Shown: positions 28,980 to 35,262, counted from the stretch's first letter. The stretch is 44,791 nt of DNA from an uncultured Eubacteriales bacterium (GCA_964607985.1 CAZSMW010000465.1:1-44791), one strand, 5' to 3'. The notes: generated from the letters alone by a model not told the origin. Program-made: numbers and translations.

Positions 28980-29498
28980 TCAGGGGGTTGCGCTTCTTGA
29001 CGATCTTGATTTCTGCGTTCTTGCTCCTCTTCTTCGGGGTTTCCGATACTTGTTCAAAATCGTTCCGACTTTCCGGACGGTAGCGTGACCGTGGTATTCC
29101 TTGTCGATGACGACGACGGGTCCGATGGCGCAGCAGCCGAGACAGGCGAGGGTCTCCAGGGTGAATTGGCCGTCTTTGGTCGTTTCACCGGCGCGGACGT
29201 CGAGCTGCCGTTCGAACTCATCCAGAATCTTCGGTCCGCCCCGGACATGACAGGCCGTCCCCAGGCAAACCAAGCACGTGTGTTTGCCGCGGGGGGTGAG
29301 GCTGAAAGCGCGGAAGAATGTGGCGACGCCGATGGCGTCGATTAGAGGAATCCCGAGCCCGCTCGCGACCAGACGGAGGGATTCCGGAGGAAGATAATTG
29401 TAGGCGGCTTGGATATCAAGAAGAATGGCGATGAGGTTCTTTTTTAGACTCTTGTGTGACTTGATGATGGATTGGATTTTTTCTTTCTTGATGACCAA
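28980..29498 (-). CDS. NuoE/HydC-like 24-kDa-type [2Fe-2S] subunit
   Basis: ORF 28980..29519. Start preferred at TTG 29498, with GGAGGG 6 nt upstream. LIAILLDIQAAYNYLP...CLGTACHVRG...LACLGCCAIGPVV is the NuoE signature. Confidence 0.85.
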   Translation of the reverse strand: MVIKKEKIQSIIKSHKSLKKNLIAILLDIQAAYNYLPPESLRLVASGLGIPLIDAIGVATFFRAFSLTPRGKHTCLVCLGTACHVRGGPKILDEFERQLDVRAGETTKDGQFTLETLACLGCCAIGPVVVIDKEYHGHATVRKVGTILNKYRKPRRRGARTQKSRSSRSATP

Positions 29499-29705
29499 TG
29501 CAATCCCTCCAAAATGCAAAATTGAACTCTGGGCGAATGGATAGATCGGTGCGGTTCAGGGAAGCCGTCCCCGCGGGTTCTGAGGGGGACGTCCTGCCGA
29601 GGGAGATGGGACATGAGCGCCGTTCGCGGGCCGACGATACGACCGGCATGGGTGATGCCGCGCTCTCGACCTTGATAATCTCGTGCATGTAAAAATAAGA
29701 CGTCA

Positions 29706-29735
29706 TATATATCAGAATAAATTTGCGTTTGTCAA
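29706..29735 (-). promoter_or_regulatory. internal sigma70-type promoter (TTGACA-17/18-ATATAT/TATATA) ahead of a leader of about 200 nt for the nuoE-like operon
   Basis: On the minus strand, TTGACA is at 29735..29730, directly after the HATPase gene stop (29740). An AT-rich -10 lies at 29712..29706. The start codon of the nuoE-like gene is at 29498. Confidence 0.5.
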
Positions 29736-29739
29736 GCCA

Positions 29740-30285
29740 TTAAGTTCTTCCGATCGCGCGCAGGCCGGTTCGAAGCGTTTTATCGATCCGTCCGATGAGA
29801 ACCGGGTCCGTCCATGAAGCCTGCCCGGATTTCCGGAAAAAACGGCGGCTCGCGAATCTGAAGACCCGTCCGTTCCGAAGGTGGCAATAGCGGAAATCGA
29901 TCTCGGGGTGGCCGAAGACGAGGACCATCATCGTCCCCCTCATGTTTGTCAGGGGCGGCCGGTCGATGTGGCCATGACGGAAACGCGCCGCGACCCTGGC
30001 CCCTTTCATGGGACCTGTCGTGATGGTCAGGTCCCCGCCGCACAGCTCGGCCGTCTGGGTCAGGAGCGGGAGTCCGAGGCCGGTCCGTTTTCCTTTCGTC
30101 GTGAAGAACGGGTCGAGGGCACGTCGCAGGGCTTCGGGCGCGAATCCCGGTCCGTTGTCCGACACCCGGATAGCCAGGAGATCGCGACCTTCGTTCTCGT
30201 TGATGGTCACGGTGATCCGAGTCGCTCCGGCCGTAATCGCGTTCTCCGCGATATCAAGGATGTGGAGGGACAGGTCTTCCATCAT
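29740..30285 (-). CDS. HATPase_c-domain ATP-binding protein (kinase-like, no HisKA domain)
   Basis: 181 aa. N-box HILDIAENAI, G1 SDNGPGF, G2 GLGLPL. ATGA overlap with the PHP gene stop. Confidence 0.75.
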   Translation of the reverse strand: MMEDLSLHILDIAENAITAGATRITVTINENEGRDLLAIRVSDNGPGFAPEALRRALDPFFTTKGKRTGLGLPLLTQTAELCGGDLTITTGPMKGARVAARFRHGHIDRPPLTNMRGTMMVLVFGHPEIDFRYCHLRNGRVFRFASRRFFRKSGQASWTDPVLIGRIDKTLRTGLRAIGRT

Positions 30286-31028
30286 GATTCCCTGATCCTC
30301 CTTCCGTCCGTTCCCTTCAAGGCCAGCCGGATCTCGTCCAGAAGAGGGGACGCGAGAAGGAAACCGGTTGTTGTCTTGCCGATCTCCTCCGGCCGATGGG
30401 CGTCGGAAAAACGGACCAGCGGGAGATGGGCCCAGGCCTCGCCGGCCGCCCGGGCCCCGGCGATCGTCACCCTGGGGGAAACCTCCAAGGCGTCGAGTTC
30501 CAAGTCGGGAGGCATGAAACCCAGCTGAGAGATCAGCCCGAAAGCCTCCCGGTCGATGTGCGAGGCGATCGCAAGTCCGCCGTGACGGTGGACGAGTTCG
30601 ACGATCTCATAGACGTCGAGTTGCGTCGCGGCCAGGAGACAGTGCGGACTAAAGCCCATCACTTCATCATCCTCGTTGACGATCACCTGATCCTCGATGA
30701 ACTTTTTTTTCGAGGCGACCTCGGGAAGTTTTCGGAAAACCTCCTCCTGCAGGGGGAGGACGTCGTCCATGCTTTCAAAAAGGCCCAGGATGTGGACTTC
30801 TTCTTCGGACGTAAGCTCCATTCCGGGAAGGACCGCCAGCCCCGTTCCCGCCGCAGCCCGGATCGCCGCCGCCGCGTTTTCCGCGGTGTTATGATCGCAT
30901 AGGGCGATGATGTCCAGCCCTTCCGCGAGGGCTTGCTTGACGATACGGCGCGGAGACATCGTCAATTCCCCGCACGGCGAGAGGCAGGAATGAATGTGGA
31001 GGTCGGCCCGGAAGCGCCTGAGCGCCAT
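30282..31028 (-). CDS. PHP-domain phosphoesterase
   Basis: ORF 30282..31070 trimmed to ATG 31028, which overlaps the upstream stop as TAATG. ADLHIHSCLSPCG...ALCDHNT...SHIDR...SDAH are the PHP metal-binding motifs. Confidence 0.8.
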   Translation of the reverse strand: MALRRFRADLHIHSCLSPCGELTMSPRRIVKQALAEGLDIIALCDHNTAENAAAAIRAAAGTGLAVLPGMELTSEEEVHILGLFESMDDVLPLQEEVFRKLPEVASKKKFIEDQVIVNEDDEVMGFSPHCLLAATQLDVYEIVELVHRHGGLAIASHIDREAFGLISQLGFMPPDLELDALEVSPRVTIAGARAAGEAWAHLPLVRFSDAHRPEEIGKTTTGFLLASPLLDEIRLALKGTDGRRIRES

Positions 31029-31369
31029 TAATGTCCTTGGATCCCCAGTCCATAAAGTCTTCCCACGCATTCAAAAGCGCTGAGAGGGCTTCCGAGGATG
31101 GGAATCCGTTCTTTTTCCGCCCGTTCGACGGTTTCCGCGGAGGGTTCGCGTCCGTTGACGAGAAGGACCGCCGCCAGATCCTTGAGGACGGCGACCGCGA
31201 CGATGTTCGGATGGACCTGGAGGGTGACCCAGAGATCGTCTTTCCGGCCGTGGGCGATGACATCGCTCAAAAGATCGCTTGCGTAGCCGCCGCCGATCGA
31301 CCGGGACAGGTCCTTCCCTCCCGTATGGATCTTGAGGTCGAGCCTTTCAACAAGCTCCTTGAGATTCAT
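31028..31369 (-). CDS. DRTGG-domain protein (second copy)
   Basis: ORF 31028..31462 trimmed to ATG 31369 (AAGGAGGAcccATG, ATGA overlap with the HydS-like stop). GGGYASDLLSDVIAHGRKDDLWVTLQVHPNIVAVAVL is typical of DRTGG proteins in hydrogenase-sensor clusters. Confidence 0.75.
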   Translation of the reverse strand: MNLKELVERLDLKIHTGGKDLSRSIGGGYASDLLSDVIAHGRKDDLWVTLQVHPNIVAVAVLKDLAAVLLVNGREPSAETVERAEKERIPILGSPLSAFECVGRLYGLGIQGH

Positions 31370-32640
31370 GGGTCCTCCTTCTTTATGAACGGACAGTCGG
31401 CGAGGTTCGCCGTGCCGCGAACGACGTCTTCGGCGAGTGTCCGGCAATCCGGGGCGCCGCAAGCCCCGCAGTCCTTATGCGGCAGCTGCCTGAAGAGCTT
31501 GTTCCGCTTCCGGGCCTTTTGAATGGCCCGGGCCCGGTCGGCGTCAAGGGGAGGAGTTCCCACAGGCATCACCGGATGGTGGAAGGACAGGAAATCCTCG
31601 TTATAGAGGAGGTTCATGTCGGTTTGGTTGATGATGGTCCGCTCTCCCATCGCGCTGACCAGGCGAAGGATCCGGCTTTTTGCCAGGAAGCGATTCTCAA
31701 TGGCCAACGGGCCTCCCACGCAGCCGTCGGGACAGACCATGCATTCAAGCAGGTCCACGTCCTTGAGAAGCCCCGATTCGACCTGGTCCAGGACGCGGAT
31801 GGTGTCCCGGACTCCCGAGACGGCGACGGTTCGATGGTTTTTCAACCCGCGCGTCTCTCCTCCCGAGAGCGCCGTGCCCAGACCCATCCCGCTGAAGAGG
31901 ATCTCCGGGAAGAGATGACACATGATCGTGTCTTCCTGGCTTTGCCGGAGGGCCTGAAGGATCGGTCCATAGATGTCCCGGATCGAAATGGCGCCGTTGA
32001 GATAGGACCTATCCATCGTGGCCGGGCGATTGATCGAAACCATTTTCGCGGGACAGGGAGTGATGTGGATGATCCCGATTTCGGCCGGCGGCATTTTGAG
32101 CACCCGGGGAAGTGTCGTTCTCAGGATTTTGGCGGCGATCTCACGAGGCGGTTCGATGGGGGCGATCAGTTCGCAGAGCGAGGGATAACGGCGCTGGATG
32201 AGGCGGACGACCACGGGGCACGTCGAGGCGATGAGCGGGCGGGGCTTGTGGTGGTCGTTGAGGTATTTCTCGATGGCGGCATTGTTGAGCTCGCAGATCG
32301 TGCTGAGTTCGTAAACATAGTCAAACCCGACCCGGCGCAGGGCGAAGAGGATCTCACTGGGAAGGGTGACGTTGTCGAATTGCCCGTAGAGGACCGTCGC
32401 CGGGATGGCGACCTTATACTTGAAGGCGCTAAGGTCCGAGAACGATGTCGTGCGGGCTTCTATGGCGTCGTGGGGACAAAAGCGGATGCATTCCCCGCAG
32501 TCGATGCAAAGCTCGCTGATGATCCGGGCCTTGCCGTCCTTGATGCGGATGGCCTTCGTCGGGCAGGAGGTCAGGCAATGGACGCAGCCGATGCACTTCT
32601 CGGCGGTGACATGCAGCGAAGGGAGAGGATTTTCAATCAT
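31366..32640 (-). CDS. sensory-type [FeFe]-hydrogenase homologue (HydS/HfsB-like) with 2x[4Fe-4S] N-domain and RnfB-type C-terminal Fe-S motif
   Basis: 424 aa. N-terminus CIGCVHCLTSCP and CIDCGECIRFCP. H-cluster motifs are LIASTCPVV (variant of TSCCP), ITPCPAKM (MPCxxK) and ECMVCPDGCVGGP (ExMxCxxGCxxG). C-terminus CGACGAPDC-x16-CP. Confidence 0.85.
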   Translation of the reverse strand: MIENPLPSLHVTAEKCIGCVHCLTSCPTKAIRIKDGKARIISELCIDCGECIRFCPHDAIEARTTSFSDLSAFKYKVAIPATVLYGQFDNVTLPSEILFALRRVGFDYVYELSTICELNNAAIEKYLNDHHKPRPLIASTCPVVVRLIQRRYPSLCELIAPIEPPREIAAKILRTTLPRVLKMPPAEIGIIHITPCPAKMVSINRPATMDRSYLNGAISIRDIYGPILQALRQSQEDTIMCHLFPEILFSGMGLGTALSGGETRGLKNHRTVAVSGVRDTIRVLDQVESGLLKDVDLLECMVCPDGCVGGPLAIENRFLAKSRILRLVSAMGERTIINQTDMNLLYNEDFLSFHHPVMPVGTPPLDADRARAIQKARKRNKLFRQLPHKDCGACGAPDCRTLAEDVVRGTANLADCPFIKKEDP

Positions 32641-33083
32641 TCCAGCCTCTGTCCGTTCGTCAGGATCGTTATCTCAAGCCTTGTCCCGCGGTCCGGATCG
32701 GAAATGATCCGGAAATCATCGGAATTTTTTTTGATGTTGGGAAGTCCCATGCCGGCCCCGAACCCTAGCTCCCGCATTTCCTCTGTTGCCGTCGAGTAGC
32801 CCTCCCGCATGGCGAGATCGACGTTTTCGATGCCGGGGCCCCGATCTTCGACGATGATCCGTATCTTTTGCGGGGTGATGAGGAGGTCGACTTGCCCCTC
32901 CCAGGCATACATGATGACGTTCATCTCAGCTTCATAGGCGGCGATGGCGACGCGGCGGACGACCTGGGAGTTGAGTCCGAGCTCCTTCAAGAGATTTTTG
33001 ATCTCGCAGGACACCTTGCCCGCCCCGGTGAAGTCCCCTCCCTTGATCAGAAAGTCCTGCTGGAAAGAGGCGTCTTCTTTCAT
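32637..33083 (-). CDS. anti-sigma-factor-like serine kinase (RsbW/SpoIIAB-type HATPase)
   Basis: ORF 32637..33353 trimmed to ATG 33083 (ATGA overlap with the upstream stop). AIAAYEAEMNVIMYA...IVEDRGPGI...GFGAGMGLPNI is the GHKL kinase pattern of partner-switching kinases. Confidence 0.75.
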   Translation of the reverse strand: MKEDASFQQDFLIKGGDFTGAGKVSCEIKNLLKELGLNSQVVRRVAIAAYEAEMNVIMYAWEGQVDLLITPQKIRIIVEDRGPGIENVDLAMREGYSTATEEMRELGFGAGMGLPNIKKNSDDFRIISDPDRGTRLEITILTNGQRLE

Positions 33084-33430
33084 CGGGCGCGTTCCGGAAA
33101 GGACTGAGCGAGCCTCGAGCATGCCTCGAACATGCTCAATCCCGTCGAAATGACGGGCAGGTTTTTCTCCCTGGCCTCGTCGACGACCTTCATGTCCGGC
33201 CTTTTTCCCTGAACAAAAACAATGGCCGTGACGTCCGTCAGACAGGCGGTGCGGACCGCATGGCAATGGATCAGGCCGGTTAACAGGACGGAACCGGGAT
33301 TGATGAAGGTCAAGACGTCGCTCATCAAATCCGAGGCGAAAATCCCCGGGCATTCGATCCCGATATCCATCTCCGGCGTCAGCAATTCTCCGTCGACCAG
33401 CGCCAGGATGTCTTTCAGAGTCATCGTCAT
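33080..33430 (-). CDS. DRTGG-domain protein (first copy)
   Basis: ORF 33080..33670 trimmed to ATG 33430 (MTMTLKDILALVDGELLTPE...). ASDLMSDVLTFINPGSVLLTGL...AIVFVQGKRP is the DRTGG pattern. Confidence 0.7.
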   Translation of the reverse strand: MTMTLKDILALVDGELLTPEMDIGIECPGIFASDLMSDVLTFINPGSVLLTGLIHCHAVRTACLTDVTAIVFVQGKRPDMKVVDEAREKNLPVISTGLSMFEACSRLAQSFPERAR

Positions 33431-33473
33431 GCTGCGGCGGAAAAGAGGCTCTTTTTCTCGTCCGCCGCTTCCT

Positions 33474-33502
33474 ATTATATTAGGTTCGAGGACGTCAAGC
33501 AA
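33474..33502 (-). promoter_or_regulatory. sigma70-type promoter TTGCTT-17-TATAAT of the sensory operon
   Basis: On the minus strand, TTGCTT is at 33502..33497, followed by a 17-nt spacer and TATAAT at 33479..33474. The inverted repeat GCGGCGGA-N19-TCCGCCGC (33468..33434) lies between the -10 and the ATG at 33430. Confidence 0.6.
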
Positions 33503-33512
33503 CTGAACTTGT

Positions 33513-33541
33513 CCTAAAATTGCCGATAGGATTCTTTCTTC
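33513..33541 (-). repeat. intergenic repeat copy B (GAAGAAAGAATCCTATCGGCAATTTTAGG on the minus strand)
   Basis: The reverse complement of 33516..33541 is identical to 5282..5307. The copy lies 10 nt upstream of the -35 of the sensory-operon promoter. Confidence 0.9.
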
Positions 33542-33551
33542 AGACTCACGT

Positions 33552-33569
33552 CTTATCGGCGATTTGGGG
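33552..33569 (+). repeat. degenerate repeat copy D (CTTATCGGCGATTTGGGG), inverted partner of copy B
   Basis: 15 of 18 positions match CCTATCGGCAATTTTGGG. It is in the opposite orientation to copy B, 21 nt away, and the two form an imperfect inverted repeat. Confidence 0.6.
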
Positions 33570-33589
33570 TGGAAGAACGAGACACGTGA

Positions 33590-33620
33590 GGAAAAAGAGC
33601 TAGACAGGCTAGCCTGTCTA
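33590..33620 (-). terminator. intrinsic terminator of glnA (20-bp perfect palindrome plus U-tract)
   Basis: TAGACAGGCTAGCCTGTCTA (33601..33620) is a perfect palindrome. On the minus strand it is followed by GCTCTTTTTCC. It lies 213 nt downstream of the glnA stop. Confidence 0.65.
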
Positions 33621-33833
33621 ACCTGTCCAATACGAACGCAACAAAGAAAGTTACAATGTATGAACGGCACTGAATGCCGTCCTCAAGCCCCCGTAGCGGA
33701 GGGGGGACCCGTCGGCTTTTTCGACGGGGGGAACCGACGGGACTGGTTCCCTGGGGGGCCGGGGGAGTGAGGGCGGCTTCAGGCCGCTTAAAGTCAGATG
33801 TCAAACTATTCAATGCGTTTGTATTAGCCCTTC

Positions 33834-35240
33834 TTATAGAAACGGCAGATATTTCTTGATCTCATATTCGCTGACCTGCTTGTCGAATTCCCCGGAGACA
33901 TTCCGGTTGTATTCCTCGATCTCCTGCCGCTTATTGGCCAGGAACCGGGAGAAGATGTGGCCGCCCAGGATGTCTTTCATGAGATCGCTCTTTTCCATGA
34001 TCCTGGTGGCTTCGCCGAGGTCCCGCGGCAGAGTCCCAATCTCGAACTTCCGCTGGCGCGAAGGGCTCATCTCATAGATGTTCTCTTCGACAGGAGCGGG
34101 AAGAACGCCCCCTTCCTTAATCCCGCTTAGGCCGGCGGAGAACATGACGGCCAGGGCGAGATAGATATTGCATCCGGGGTCGGGGCAGCGGAGTTCGATG
34201 CGTGTCGCGTGTTCCTTCCCCGGCTGGTACTCGGGGACCCGGATGTATGCCGACCTGTTCTTCTGGCCCCAGGCCACATAGACCGGAGCTTCATAACCTT
34301 CGATGAGCCGCTTGTAGGAGTTCACCCATTGGCTGAGGACGGCCGACATCTCCCGGGCGTGGGTCATCAATCCGGCCATGTATGACCGGGCGGTCCCCGA
34401 AAGATGGTAGGGGCCTTTCGGGTCAAAGAACACGTTCTTCCCTTTCTTCCAGAGAGACTGGTGGACGTGCATGCCGCTTCCGTTGATGCCGTTGATGGGC
34501 TTGGGCATGAACGTGGCATAGAGCCCGTGCATGCGGGCGACCTTCTTCACCATGTAACGGAAGAGCATGGCCGAATCGGCCATCTCCAGGGCCGTCGTGT
34601 ACTTGAGGTCGATCTCGTGCTGGCTGGGAGCGTTCTCGTGGTGGTCGAACTCGGACTCGATCCCCATGTTCTTGAGATGGAGCTGGATCTCCTTGCGAAG
34701 CTCTCCGTGCCGGCCGCTGAAGAAGTAGCCGCCCTCGTCCGTGAGGGTGGCCTCTTTGTCGCTCGGAAAGATGAAGAACTCGAGCTCGGGCCCGCACTTG
34801 AAATCCTCGATGCCGAATTCTTGCTTCCCCTTGTGCAGGGCTTTCTTGAGGACCCGGCGGGAGTCCCCCTCGTAGGGCACGCCGTCGGGGGTCAGGATGT
34901 CGCCGAAAAGGATCGCCTCCCGCCAGCGGACCTGGTCATCGAATCCCTTGTATTCCCAGGGCAGGACCCTGAAGGTCGAAGGGTCGGGCTTGATGATGAG
35001 GTCGCTCTCCTCGATCCGGACAAACCCCTCGACGGATGAGCCGTCGAACCCTTTGCCTTCCCGGAAGGCCTTGCCGAGCTCCGAGCCGGGGAAGGCGAAG
35101 TCCATGGGCCGTCCGAGGATGTCCGGGAACATGACCCGGACGAACTCTATGCCGTTACCCGGGTCGAGGATGATGTCCAGAACCTCTTTCTCGGTTTGGC
35201 AGCCGAAGCTCTTGAACGTGCCCCTGGTTTTCTCGGTCAT
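33834..35240 (-). CDS. glnA: glutamine synthetase, type I
   Basis: 468 aa. GFDGSS, GPELEFF, HHE.A.QHEID, NGSGMH.H.S, YEAP and IE.R.PD are canonical GSI blocks. GAGGAG lies 6 nt before the ATG at 35240. Confidence 0.93.
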   Translation of the reverse strand: MTEKTRGTFKSFGCQTEKEVLDIILDPGNGIEFVRVMFPDILGRPMDFAFPGSELGKAFREGKGFDGSSVEGFVRIEESDLIIKPDPSTFRVLPWEYKGFDDQVRWREAILFGDILTPDGVPYEGDSRRVLKKALHKGKQEFGIEDFKCGPELEFFIFPSDKEATLTDEGGYFFSGRHGELRKEIQLHLKNMGIESEFDHHENAPSQHEIDLKYTTALEMADSAMLFRYMVKKVARMHGLYATFMPKPINGINGSGMHVHQSLWKKGKNVFFDPKGPYHLSGTARSYMAGLMTHAREMSAVLSQWVNSYKRLIEGYEAPVYVAWGQKNRSAYIRVPEYQPGKEHATRIELRCPDPGCNIYLALAVMFSAGLSGIKEGGVLPAPVEENIYEMSPSRQRKFEIGTLPRDLGEATRIMEKSDLMKDILGGHIFSRFLANKRQEIEEYNRNVSGEFDKQVSEYEIKKYLPFL

Positions 35241-35262
35241 ATCAGCTCCTCTTTGAATACAA

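Noticed and set aside
29416-29706. 96-aa ORF starting inside the -10 region of the internal promoter and spanning the long leader.
   Set aside because: It overlaps the nuoE-like start in another frame and has no SD or recognisable motif. Its ATG is too close to the -10 element to be transcribed from that promoter. A short regulatory leader peptide cannot be fully excluded.
5282-33541. 26-bp perfect inverted repeats 28 kb apart, considered as terminal inverted repeats of a composite transposon or as inversion sites.
   Set aside because: The intervening DNA is core housekeeping (rpsA, ispH, trpS, scpAB) with no transposase or recombinase. A third copy and a fourth degenerate copy exist in other promoter regions. 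A regulatory or dispersed-repeat motif is more likely.
33601-33620. 20-bp perfect palindrome TAGACAGGCTAGCCTGTCTA, first considered an operator or enhancer site about 100 nt upstream of the sensory-operon promoter.
   Set aside because: On the minus strand it is immediately followed by GCTCTTTTTCC, so it is more simply explained as the intrinsic terminator of glnA. A dual role cannot be excluded.
33553-33813. 86-aa P/R-rich minus-strand ORF (TTG start) in the glnA downstream region, together with the small plus-strand ORFs 33564..33770 and 33674..33859.
   Set aside because: There is no SD. The composition is dictated by the G/C tracts, and the ORF reads straight through the terminator palindrome. 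The region is treated as non-coding RNA or UTR.
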